This document shows positions 1 to 8,145 of a DNA stretch of 64,000 nt, piece after piece (positions within the stretch are counted from its first letter, which is position 1; the number at the start of each line of letters is the position of its first letter). Made by a program: the position numbers and the translations under genes. Origin of the DNA: Phycisphaerales bacterium. GTDB lineage: Bacteria > Planctomycetota > Phycisphaerae > Phycisphaerales > UBA1924. Under the pieces are notes generated by a model. The model did no database searches. It was given only the letters and a program-made list of their open reading frames with translations, and was not told where the DNA came from. The stretch spans positions 16,045 through 80,044 of the forward strand of contig JADYXW010000043.1 of the NCBI GenBank assembly GCA_020853975.1, given 5' to 3'.

Positions 1-221
1 AGATGGGCGTGAGGCTGACGGGCTATGGAGAAGATGCCGAGGTGCGTGTGATCGGGACGCTCTCTCCCGGACCGATGCTGGACGCGCTGCACGCAAGGAC
101 CCAGGCGAGCTATCCGGGCGGGCCGAGGCTGCTGGCACCGTGGGACGGGCCGCTGACTGACGGGATGACGGAGCGCACGCCCGCGCGAGTGGAGCGGGCG
201 GTCACGGGACGGGCGGCCTGA
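1..221 (+). CDS. 3' end of an unidentified gene (partial, starts before window)
   Basis: Open frame from the window edge to TGA at 219-221 with GC-rich codon usage; no recognisable motif. Confidence 0.4.
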   Translation, partial: MGVRLTGYGEDAEVRVIGTLSPGPMLDALHARTQASYPGGPRLLAPWDGPLTDGMTERTPARVERAVTGRAA

Positions 222-307
222 GGGGCGGGGGCTGAAGGGTTCATGGCGCGGGCGGGCGGGCGCGGGGCGCCGGGCTCTACACTCCCGGACACTTCGGAGC
301 ACCGACC

Positions 308-1555
308 ATGGCAACGCCGAGCTTTTATTCGAGAACCCAGACGCTGCTGGCGCAGCTCAGCCGCGACGGGCTGTACAAGCACCTCCAGATGCTGGAGGGG
401 CCGATGGACGCGACGGTGCGGATGCGCGGCGCCGACGGCAAGGTGCGGGAAGTGGTGTGCTTCTGCTCGAACAACTACGCGGGGCTGGCGAACCACCCGG
501 AGGTGGTGGAGGCGGGGCTGAAGGGGCTGCGTGACTTCGGCGCGGGGACGGCGAGCGTGCGGTTCATCTGCGGCACGTTCTCGCCCCACGAGGTGCTGGA
601 GAGGGCGATCGCGCGGTACATGGGGACCGAGGCGGCGTACACGTTTGTCTCGTGCTGGAACGCGAACGAGGCGGTCTTTCCGACGCTGTGCGAGCCGGGC
701 GACATCGTGATCTCCGACGAGCTGAACCACGCGTCGATCATCGACGCGGTGCGGCTGGCGACGGTCATCAAGAAAGGCCTGCACAAGTCGATCTACAGGA
801 ACAACAGGCTGACCGGGGAGGACTCGCTGGAGCAGAGGCTGGCGGAGGCGGCGGCGAGCAAGGATGTCACCGGGCAGATCTGGGTTGTGACCGACGGCGT
901 GTTCAGCATGGAAGGGTCCATCGGCGACCTGAAGAAGATGCGGGCCCTGTGCGACAAGTACGGCGCGCTCCTGGTGGTGGACGACTCGCACGGGCACGGC
1001 GTGATGGGAAAGACCGGGCGCGGGACGCACGAGCACTTCGGGATGATCGACGCGCTGGACGCTGCGCCAACCCGCGAGGGGCGGGTGGACCTCTTCACGG
1101 GCACGCTGGGCAAGGCGTTGGGAGGGGCCGCGGGCGGGTTCGTCGCGGGCCGCAAGGAGGCGGTGGAGCTGATCGTGCAGCGAGGGCGGCCCACGCTGTT
1201 CAGCAACGCGCTGCCCGTGAGCGTGACGTGCGGGGCGACCAAGGCCATCGAGATACTGCTGGGGGAGCCGGAGCGCGTGCAGCGGCTGCGCGACAACGTG
1301 GCCTACGCGCGGGAGAGGCTCAAGGCGGCGGGGTTTGACGTGCTGCCCAGCCCGACGGCGATCTGCCCGATCATCGTGCACGACACGGCGAAGGCGATCG
1401 CCATGAGCAAGCGACTGCTCGAGCTGGGCGTGTTCGTGATCGGCTTCGGCTATCCGGTGGTGCCCGAGGGGCACGCGAGGCTGCGGTGCCAGGTTTCCGC
1501 GGCGCACACGCGACAGCACGTGGACGCGCTGGTGGACGCGCTCGGGCGGATGTGA
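308..1555 (+). CDS. kbl: Glycine C-acetyltransferase (2-amino-3-ketobutyrate CoA ligase), PLP class II aminotransferase
   Basis: FCSNNYAGL, GTASVRFICGT, SDELNHASIIDA, DDSHG, TLGKALGG (PLP Lys), RLRCQVSAAH; GGAG RBS and TACACT at 278-283. Confidence 0.9.
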   Translation: MATPSFYSRTQTLLAQLSRDGLYKHLQMLEGPMDATVRMRGADGKVREVVCFCSNNYAGLANHPEVVEAGLKGLRDFGAGTASVRFICGTFSPHEVLERAIARYMGTEAAYTFVSCWNANEAVFPTLCEPGDIVISDELNHASIIDAVRLATVIKKGLHKSIYRNNRLTGEDSLEQRLAEAAASKDVTGQIWVVTDGVFSMEGSIGDLKKMRALCDKYGALLVVDDSHGHGVMGKTGRGTHEHFGMIDALDAAPTREGRVDLFTGTLGKALGGAAGGFVAGRKEAVELIVQRGRPTLFSNALPVSVTCGATKAIEILLGEPERVQRLRDNVAYARERLKAAGFDVLPSPTAICPIIVHDTAKAIAMSKRLLELGVFVIGFGYPVVPEGHARLRCQVSAAHTRQHVDALVDALGRM

Positions 1556-1576
1556 CACGCCGCGGGTGCCGGCGGG

Positions 1577-1759
1577 TCAGGGGCGGCTGCTGAGGTGCCG
1601 GCTCCAGATGTCAACCCAGCGCTCGCGCTTGCGGGCGTTCCATTGGTCGATCTCCTGCTGCTGGGCGTCGGCCCGCGGGGGTGCGGACGCGCAGCCCGGC
1701 AGGGGGGCGGCGAGGAGCGTGAGCACGAGGAGCGCGGCGAAGGCCCGAGGCTTGGACAA
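1577..1759 (-). CDS. Small putative lipoprotein (60 aa)
   Basis: K/R N-terminus, hydrophobic stretch, LPG|C lipobox-like site; TTG start preceded by GGAGG overlapping the upstream stop codon. Confidence 0.55.
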   Translation of the reverse strand: MSKPRAFAALLVLTLLAAPLPGCASAPPRADAQQQEIDQWNARKRERWVDIWSRHLSSRP

Positions 1760-1761
1760 GG

Positions 1762-3036
1762 CTACCTCCGGGGGTTGCGGGGCGTGCCCGTGCGGATGCT
1801 CGCGGGCGGGCGTGGGGGGAAGGGTGAGCGGGCCCGGTCGGGCTCTGCGAGGGCTGCATCGGGCGCTGCGTCGGCGGAGGCCTCCGCGGACGGCTGTCCC
1901 ACGGGCGGCTGGGCCTCGGGGGTGACGCCGGCTTCTTCCGCGACGAGCCGGGCGAAGATCATGCGGCCTGCGGCGGTCTGGAGGCTCGACTGCACGGTGA
2001 GGGTGACGGTCTCGCCGATGTGGGGCTGGCCGTCTTCCGCGACGACCATGGTGCCATCGGGCAGGTAGCCAACGGCCTGGCCGGCCTGTTCTCCCTGGCG
2101 GAGGAGGCGAACGGTAACGGATTCTCCCGCGACCAGGGAGAGCTTCATGGCGTTGGCGAGCTCGTTGAGGTTGAGGACCTGGACGCTCTGGATGGACGCG
2201 ACGCGGGCGAGGCCGCTATCGGTGGTCATGATGAGCGCCCCCATGGAGCGGGCGAGCTCGACGAGGGCCGCGTCGACGGCCTTTTGCTGGACTGGGGTGT
2301 CGTCGATGGTGACATCGAGTCGCGGCGCGCGCTGGAGGCGGGCGATGAGATCGAGGCCTCGTCTGCCCTTGTTGCGGGTGAGCGCATCGGTGCTGTCGGC
2401 GAGGAGCTGGAGCTCGCCGATGACGCTGCGGTGGATGACGAGAGAGGACTGGAGGAAGCCTGTGGCGGCGATGTCGGCGATGCGGCCATCGATGAGGACG
2501 GAGGTGTCAACGAGGATGGCCCGGACGCCCCGGAGCTGCTTGGCGAACTCGACGTAGGGGATGACGAGGCGGAAGTCGTCCTGTGTCTGCAGGACGGTGG
2601 TGACGCCCAGGTAGCAGAGGGTGATGCCCAGGAGGATCTTCATGGCGCTGACGACGGGCTCGAGGGCCTTGACGGCGCGCTCTTCCATCCAGGTCTTGAG
2701 GAGCAGCTCGATGATGAAGCCGAGCGCGAGGGTGGCGAGCATGCCGACCATGACGCCCACGACGACGCCCGTGAGTGTGGCGATCTTCTTGCGTGGGGTG
2801 AGGAGGTCTACGCCCAAGGCGAAGCCGAAGAGCGCGAGCGAGAAGCAGAGGGGGATCCACCACTGCTCGGCGAGCATGCGCGAGAGGTCGTCCTGCGCGG
2901 GGCGGAGGATGCTGAGGAGGGTGAAGGTGACGGTGAGGACGAGGAAGGCGGCCCGGATGAGGCGGATGATGTTGACCCGCTGGCGGGCGGCGGCCTCGAG
3001 CGGGTGGAGGTCGGCGTTGGGGGTGGGCTTGCTCAC
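1762..3036 (-). CDS. Membrane-anchored PIN/TRAM domain protein (YacL-like)
   Basis: Four N-terminal TM segments; PIN motifs ILVDTSVLIDGRI, ELQ, RGRRGLD, VDAALVELA, MTTD; TRAM GQAVGYLPDGTMVV and LQTAAGRMIFA. Confidence 0.9.
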   Translation of the reverse strand: MSKPTPNADLHPLEAAARQRVNIIRLIRAAFLVLTVTFTLLSILRPAQDDLSRMLAEQWWIPLCFSLALFGFALGVDLLTPRKKIATLTGVVVGVMVGMLATLALGFIIELLLKTWMEERAVKALEPVVSAMKILLGITLCYLGVTTVLQTQDDFRLVIPYVEFAKQLRGVRAILVDTSVLIDGRIADIAATGFLQSSLVIHRSVIGELQLLADSTDALTRNKGRRGLDLIARLQRAPRLDVTIDDTPVQQKAVDAALVELARSMGALIMTTDSGLARVASIQSVQVLNLNELANAMKLSLVAGESVTVRLLRQGEQAGQAVGYLPDGTMVVAEDGQPHIGETVTLTVQSSLQTAAGRMIFARLVAEEAGVTPEAQPPVGQPSAEASADAAPDAALAEPDRARSPFPPRPPASIRTGTPRNPRR

Positions 3037-3083
3037 GGTCAGGAGAGTGTACGGGCGGAGGTGGCCCGGGGCTGCGGGCTTCC

Positions 3084-3089
3084 TATTCT
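3084..3089 (+). promoter_or_regulatory. Putative -10 element (TATTCT) of the SRP RNA gene
   Basis: TAnnnT hexamer about 20 nt upstream of the SRP hairpin, in GC-rich context. Confidence 0.5.
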
Positions 3090-3110
3090 TGGGGCGTCTT
3101 CCGTCCCCCC

Positions 3111-3221
3111 GGTCGACGGCCGGGCCCGGTGCAAGGGCATCGCCGTGAACCTGGTCAGGGCTTGACCGCAGCAGCCATAAGCGGATGGTGTTCGGTGCTG
3201 CCGGTGTCCTGGCCGTCGACC
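3111..3221 (+). ncRNA. ffs: Signal recognition particle RNA (bacterial small/4.5S type)
   Basis: Helix-8 signature CCGTGAACCTGGTCAGG-(10 nt)-AGCAGCCATAAGCGG inside one long hairpin closed by GGTCGACGGCC/GGCCGTCGACC (11 perfect bp) plus further stems. Confidence 0.85.
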
Positions 3222-3236
3222 GTGGGGATGGGAGGC

Positions 3237-4403
3237 TCAGGCGGTCGCGGGCGGATCGAGCACGACGCGGCGCTGGTCCCAGAGCTTGTCGAAGCGTTCC
3301 GTGAGGGACGGGCCGGCGCCGAGGCGCTCGCCGCAGGCGATGAGCAGGTCGACGAGTCCTTCGAAATCAGAGAGGCCGATGCACTCGCGGGCGACGCGGG
3401 GCGGGGTGGTGTTGGAGCCGGCCTGCACGGCGTCGAGGTCGCCCATGTTGTGGTAGTTGCCCAGGGGCAGGCAGACGCAGGTGGCCTCGAAGCCTGCCTG
3501 ACAGAAGACGGAGGCCTCGCAGGCGCCGCCGGCCATGAGCTTGCGCTGCCACTTCCACCCCGGGTTGGAGGAGGCGCGCTCTTCGGCGCGCCGGGCGACG
3601 GCGGCGGTGAGGGCCGGGGAGAAGATGCTGAGGCGGTCGCCCACGCGGACGATCGGGCCGGCGCCGATGGGCGAGTCGGCGAAGGCGCGGCTGTTCTCGA
3701 GGGCGATGAGGCGCGAGCCTCGGGGGATGGTCGCGGAGCGGCAGGCGCCGATGGCGCCGACGAAGCCGATCTCCTCCGCGCGGGTCAGCAGGAGGCGGAC
3801 GCACTCGGTGGGGGAGGCGCGGAGCAGCACGTCGAAGGCGGCGAGCGCGGCGGCGAGCGCGGCGAGGTCGTCGCAGGACAGGGTGTGGACCCGGCCATCG
3901 AGCACCTCCGCCGCGGGCACGTCCCACACGGCGACGTCGCCCGGGGCGGCCTGGTGGGGCGACTCGGTGATCGCGGTGTAGATGGGGAAGAGGTCGGCGG
4001 GAGAGGCCTGGGGCTTTTTGCCCGTGAGGCGGGCGCGGATTGGGCCGGGGGCGGCGTGGAGGGTGACCGAGGCGTCGGAGAAGTAGGCGTCCATGACGCC
4101 CCCCCGGAACGAGAGTTCGAGGGTGTCGGCGCCTGTGACGTGTTCGACCGCGAAGGCCGGGTGGTCGAGGTGGGCGGTGAAGTAGAGGGGAGAGGCGGAG
4201 GGGGGTTCGTCGATGCGGCGGAGGGTGAGGTTGCCGCAGGCGTCGGCGGAGATCGCAACGAGCGGGCGCTCGGCGGCCCAGCGGGTGATCCAGTCGATGA
4301 CGCGGTGTTCGCGACCGGCGGCGGTGGGGACCTGGGTGAGGTGAAGGAGCCACCGGAGGTGGCGGGCGCGGTCGTCGGCGCTTGGGCAGAGAGCGTCGGG
4401 CAT
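3237..4403 (-). CDS. M20/M42-family metallopeptidase/hydrolase
   Basis: AHLDH, CDDLA, RAEEIG, GGACEAS, GNYHN metal-ligand motifs; start moved to ATG 4403, which has TACGAT 6 nt upstream. Confidence 0.75.
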   Translation of the reverse strand: MPDALCPSADDRARHLRWLLHLTQVPTAAGREHRVIDWITRWAAERPLVAISADACGNLTLRRIDEPPSASPLYFTAHLDHPAFAVEHVTGADTLELSFRGGVMDAYFSDASVTLHAAPGPIRARLTGKKPQASPADLFPIYTAITESPHQAAPGDVAVWDVPAAEVLDGRVHTLSCDDLAALAAALAAFDVLLRASPTECVRLLLTRAEEIGFVGAIGACRSATIPRGSRLIALENSRAFADSPIGAGPIVRVGDRLSIFSPALTAAVARRAEERASSNPGWKWQRKLMAGGACEASVFCQAGFEATCVCLPLGNYHNMGDLDAVQAGSNTTPPRVARECIGLSDFEGLVDLLIACGERLGAGPSLTERFDKLWDQRRVVLDPPATA

Positions 4404-4409
4404 CGAGGG

Positions 4410-4419
4410 ATCGTACGGT
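4410..4419. promoter_or_regulatory. Overlapping divergent -10 boxes (TACGAT minus 4410-4415; TACGGT plus 4414-4419)
   Basis: Each hexamer lies 6 nt before the start codon of its own divergent gene. Confidence 0.6.
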
Positions 4420-4425
4420 GCGGGG

Positions 4426-4857
4426 ATGGACGCGACGGGCGGGCATGGCGTGAGGCTGGCGCCGGGCGTGGAAGTGCCCGAGGCGGCGCTGCGCTTTGCG
4501 TTTACGACGTCGGGCGGGCCGGGCGGCCAGAACGTGAACAAGGTCGCCACGCGGAGCGTGATGCGGGTATTGCTCGCGGACCTGCCCCTGCGGGACTGGC
4601 AGCTCGCGAGGCTGCGGGAGCTGTCATCTCACCTCCTGACTGCGGAGGGGGAGCTGATCATCAGCAGCGGGGAGCACCGGTCGCAGAGCCGCAACAAGGA
4701 CGAGTGCGTGGAGCGGCTGGGGGAGCTTGTGCGGGCGGCGATGGTCAGGCCGAAGGTCAGGCGGGCGACCAAGCCGACGAGGGGATCGAAGGAACGGCGG
4801 TTGAGCGAGAAGAAGAGACGTGGTGATGTGAAGCGTGGTCGGCGGGGCGAGGACTAG
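4426..4857 (+). CDS. arfB: Alternative ribosome-rescue peptidyl-tRNA hydrolase ArfB (YaeJ)
   Basis: SGGPGGQNVNKV (GGQ), HRSQSRN, basic C-tail RRATKPTRGSKERRLSEKKRRG. Confidence 0.92.
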   Translation: MDATGGHGVRLAPGVEVPEAALRFAFTTSGGPGGQNVNKVATRSVMRVLLADLPLRDWQLARLRELSSHLLTAEGELIISSGEHRSQSRNKDECVERLGELVRAAMVRPKVRRATKPTRGSKERRLSEKKRRGDVKRGRRGED

Positions 4858-4881
4858 GGACGCGGGACCGGAGGAGCGAGC

Positions 4882-6489
4882 ATGATGTACGTGCTGTGGG
4901 CGGCGGCGTTGGTGCTGGGGCAGGTATCGGGCGAGCCGGACCTGAGGACCACGGCGGAGCGGACGGAGTATCGCGAGACTTCCGCCCACGCGGAGATCGT
5001 GCGCGTGCTGGACGGGATCGCGGCGGGCTCGAAGGTCGCGCGGCGCGTCAGCCTCGGGGCGACCACGAACGGGAAGGAACTCGCGGTGATCGTGCTCGCG
5101 GAAGATCCGGTCGCGAGCGCGGCGGAGGCCCGGGCGCAGGCGGACGCGACGGGGAAGGTCATTGTGGTGGCGATCGGGAACATCCACGCGGGCGAGGTGG
5201 AGGGTAAGGAAGCGCTGACGATGCTGGCCCGGGACCTCGCGGGCGAGGGCGCGGGCAGCTCGGTTCTGAAGGGCGCGATCGTCGTCATTCTGCCGATCTA
5301 CAACGCGGACGGCAACGAGCCCATGAGCCCCACGAATCGCGCGCACCAGAACGGACCGGCGGCGGTGGGGGTGCGGGCGAACGCGCGCGGGCGGGACCTC
5401 AACCGGGACTTCATCAAGCTCGAAGAGGCGGAGACACGGGCGCTGGTCGCGTGCTTCAACGAGTGGGACCCGCACGTGTTCATCGATTGCCACACGACGG
5501 ACGGGAGCTACCACCGCTACGGCATTACGTACGCGGGGCCGAAGTCGCCCGCCGGAGACCAGTCGCTGGTGGCGTACTCGCGGGATACGTTCCTGCCCGC
5601 GCTGTCGCTGGCGGTGGAGGCGGGCACGGGGAAGCCGACGTTCTGGTACGGGAGTTTCGAGGGGGAGTTTGACGCGGGGCCCCGTGGGCACAGCCGCTGG
5701 GAGACTTTTCCTGCCGATGCGCGGTTCGGCACGACGTACGTCGGGCTGCGGGGCAGGCTGAGCATCCTGAGCGAGGCGTACGTCTATGACCCGTTCCGGG
5801 AGCGGGTGGAGAACACGCGGAACTTCGTGCGGGTGGCGCTGGAACTGGCGGCGGAGAACCGGGCGACGCTGCGGGCGCTGACGGCGGAGGCGGACCGGCG
5901 GGCGATCGAGGCGGGGAGCGCGCTGGGCGAGCCGGACGATCTGGTGGCGATCCGATGGAAGGTCGTTCCCGCCCCCAAGCCCGTGCGCGTGCTGGGGTAC
6001 GAGGAAGAGGTGGTGGACGGCAAGAGCGTCCGGACGGATCGGCAACGGGAGTATGAGTGCGAGTTGTGGGACACCTATGTGCCTGAACTCTCGGTGGTAA
6101 GGCCCTGGGGGTATGCGCTGCCCGACACGCCCGAGACGAGGGCGGCGGTGGAGGCGATCCGTCGTCACGGCCTGCGGGCCTGGAAGCTGGACGCAGCGCG
6201 CAACGCCGAGGTGGAGACGTATGAGGTGGTGAGCGCGACCCCGGCCAGCCGCGAGTTTGAGGGGCACGTGCTGGTGACTAGCGAGGTGAAGTCGGCGCGT
6301 GGCAAGCGCGAGGTGCCCGCGGGTTGGCTCGTGGTGCCCACGGGGCAGGCGCTGGGGAACCTCGCGGTGTACATGCTGGAACCCCAGTGCAACGACGGGT
6401 TGGCGGCGTGGAACGCCTTTGACCCATGGATGCAGGTGGGCAAGGAGTTCCCGGTGTGGAGGCTGATGAGCCCGGTGGAGGCCGAGTGA
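4882..6489 (+). CDS. Secreted M14-family zinc carboxypeptidase
   Basis: Signal-peptide-like N-terminus; NIHAGEVEGKE (HxxE), YNADGNE, DLNRDF, DCHTT; GGAGG RBS. Confidence 0.85.
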   Translation: MMYVLWAAALVLGQVSGEPDLRTTAERTEYRETSAHAEIVRVLDGIAAGSKVARRVSLGATTNGKELAVIVLAEDPVASAAEARAQADATGKVIVVAIGNIHAGEVEGKEALTMLARDLAGEGAGSSVLKGAIVVILPIYNADGNEPMSPTNRAHQNGPAAVGVRANARGRDLNRDFIKLEEAETRALVACFNEWDPHVFIDCHTTDGSYHRYGITYAGPKSPAGDQSLVAYSRDTFLPALSLAVEAGTGKPTFWYGSFEGEFDAGPRGHSRWETFPADARFGTTYVGLRGRLSILSEAYVYDPFRERVENTRNFVRVALELAAENRATLRALTAEADRRAIEAGSALGEPDDLVAIRWKVVPAPKPVRVLGYEEEVVDGKSVRTDRQREYECELWDTYVPELSVVRPWGYALPDTPETRAAVEAIRRHGLRAWKLDAARNAEVETYEVVSATPASREFEGHVLVTSEVKSARGKREVPAGWLVVPTGQALGNLAVYMLEPQCNDGLAAWNAFDPWMQVGKEFPVWRLMSPVEAE

Positions 6490-6492
6490 GCG

Positions 6493-8091
6493 CTACTCGC
6501 GCCGGCCCGCCATGTAGTTGGGGCTTTCCTTCGTGATCGTGATGTCGTGCGGGTGGTTCTCGACGACGGTGGCGCCGGAAACGCGGCAGAAGCGGGCGTG
6601 GGAGCGCAGGTCGTCGATGGTGCGGCAGCCGGTGTAGCCCATGGCGCTGCGGAGCCCGCCCACGAGCTGGTAGGTGAAATCCGCGAGGGAGCCCCGGTAG
6701 GGGACGAGGCCCTCGACGCCCTCGGGGACGAACTTCTGGGTGGGCTTGCCGTCGGCGCCGATCTTCTCGGCCTGGCGGTATCGGTCGGCGGAGCCGGCGT
6801 TCATGGCGCCCTCGGAGCCCATGCCTCGGTAGGACTTGTATCGCCTGCCGTGGGTGATGACGACTTCGCCCGGGGACTCATCGAGGCCGGCGAAGAGCGA
6901 GCCCATCATGACGGCGTGGGCGCCGGCGGCGAGCGCCTTGGGGATGTCTCCCGAGTGGCGGACGCCGCCATCGGCGATGATGGGGACCTCGCTGCGGATG
7001 GAGGCGAGGGCGCGGGCGACGTTCATGATGGCGGTGACCTGCGGGACGCCCACGCCCGTGACGACGCGGGTGGTGCAGATGGAGCCAGGGCCGATGCCGA
7101 CCTTGACCGCGTCCGCGCCGGCCTCGGCAAGGTCGATGGCGGCTTCGCCCGTGGCGATGTTGCCCGCGACGATCTGCACGCCCGAGCGTGCGACCTGGGG
7201 GAGGTCGCGGATGGCGCGGACGGTCTGGAGGACGTTCTCGCTGTGCCCGTGCGCAGTGTCGACGACGAGAACATCGACCTCGGCGGCGAGGAGCGCCTCG
7301 ACGCGGTCCATCTGCCGCGGGCCGACAGCCCCGCCGCAGCGGAGGCGGCCCCGCGAGTCTCTGCAGGCGCGGGGGAACTGGCTGAGGCGGTCGATGTCCT
7401 TCATGGTGATGAGGCCGGCGAGGCGGCCCTGGTCATCGACGATGACGAGCTTTTCGACCTTGTTGGCGTTGAGAATCTTCTCGGCCTGTTCGAGGGTGGT
7501 GCCGACGGGGCCCGTGACAAGGCTCTTTCCCCGGGCCGGGCCGGACATGACGTCGGCGACACGGGTGGCGAGGTCCTCGACGAACTTGAGGTCGCGGCGG
7601 GTGATGATGCCCAAGACCTTGCCCTTGCCCCGGAGGTTGTTGGCGCCGTCCTCGGTGACGGGGAAGCCGGAGACGTGGTGGGCACGCATGAGCTCTTTGG
7701 CGCGGGCGACGGAGTCTTCGGGGCCGAGGGTGATGGGGTCGATGATGACGCCGTTGGCGGAGCGCTTGACCTTGGCGACCTCGCGGGCCTGGGCCTCGAC
7801 GGAGAGGTTCTTGTGGATGAAGCCGATGCCGCCCTCCTGGGCGAGGGCGATGGCGAGGGCGGACTCGGTGACGGTGTCCATGGGGGCCGCGAGCAGAGGG
7901 ATGTTGAGGCCGATGGTGCGCGTGAGGCGCGTGGAGGTGTCGGCGTCGGCGGGCATGATGGCCGACCGGCGCGGGACCAGCAGGACGTCATCGAAGGTGA
8001 TGCCGTCGAAGATGATCTTGTCATCGCCGAGGCCGGAAGCGGGCGGGATGTGGGCGGAGACGGGCGAGGTGGGAAGCGTGATGGCTGCCAT
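6493..8091 (-). CDS. guaB: IMP dehydrogenase with tandem CBS domains
   Basis: [38 protein letters not shown] (catalytic Cys), IIADGG, YRGMGS, VPEGVEG; true start MAAITL at 8091. Confidence 0.95.
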   Translation of the reverse strand: MAAITLPTSPVSAHIPPASGLGDDKIIFDGITFDDVLLVPRRSAIMPADADTSTRLTRTIGLNIPLLAAPMDTVTESALAIALAQEGGIGFIHKNLSVEAQAREVAKVKRSANGVIIDPITLGPEDSVARAKELMRAHHVSGFPVTEDGANNLRGKGKVLGIITRRDLKFVEDLATRVADVMSGPARGKSLVTGPVGTTLEQAEKILNANKVEKLVIVDDQGRLAGLITMKDIDRLSQFPRACRDSRGRLRCGGAVGPRQMDRVEALLAAEVDVLVVDTAHGHSENVLQTVRAIRDLPQVARSGVQIVAGNIATGEAAIDLAEAGADAVKVGIGPGSICTTRVVTGVGVPQVTAIMNVARALASIRSEVPIIADGGVRHSGDIPKALAAGAHAVMMGSLFAGLDESPGEVVITHGRRYKSYRGMGSEGAMNAGSADRYRQAEKIGADGKPTQKFVPEGVEGLVPYRGSLADFTYQLVGGLRSAMGYTGCRTIDDLRSHARFCRVSGATVVENHPHDITITKESPNYMAGRRE

Positions 8092-8096
8092 GGGAT

Positions 8097-8140
8097 AGGG
8101 TAGGGAGGCAGGCCGGAGGGGGCGCGGCGGGGTGTAGACT
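8097..8140. promoter_or_regulatory. Divergent -10 boxes for guaB (TACCCT minus 8097-8102) and the debranching enzyme gene (TAGACT plus 8135-8140)
   Basis: Both lie 5 nt before their start codons; no SD sequence. Confidence 0.55.
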
Positions 8141-8145
8141 GTGGC

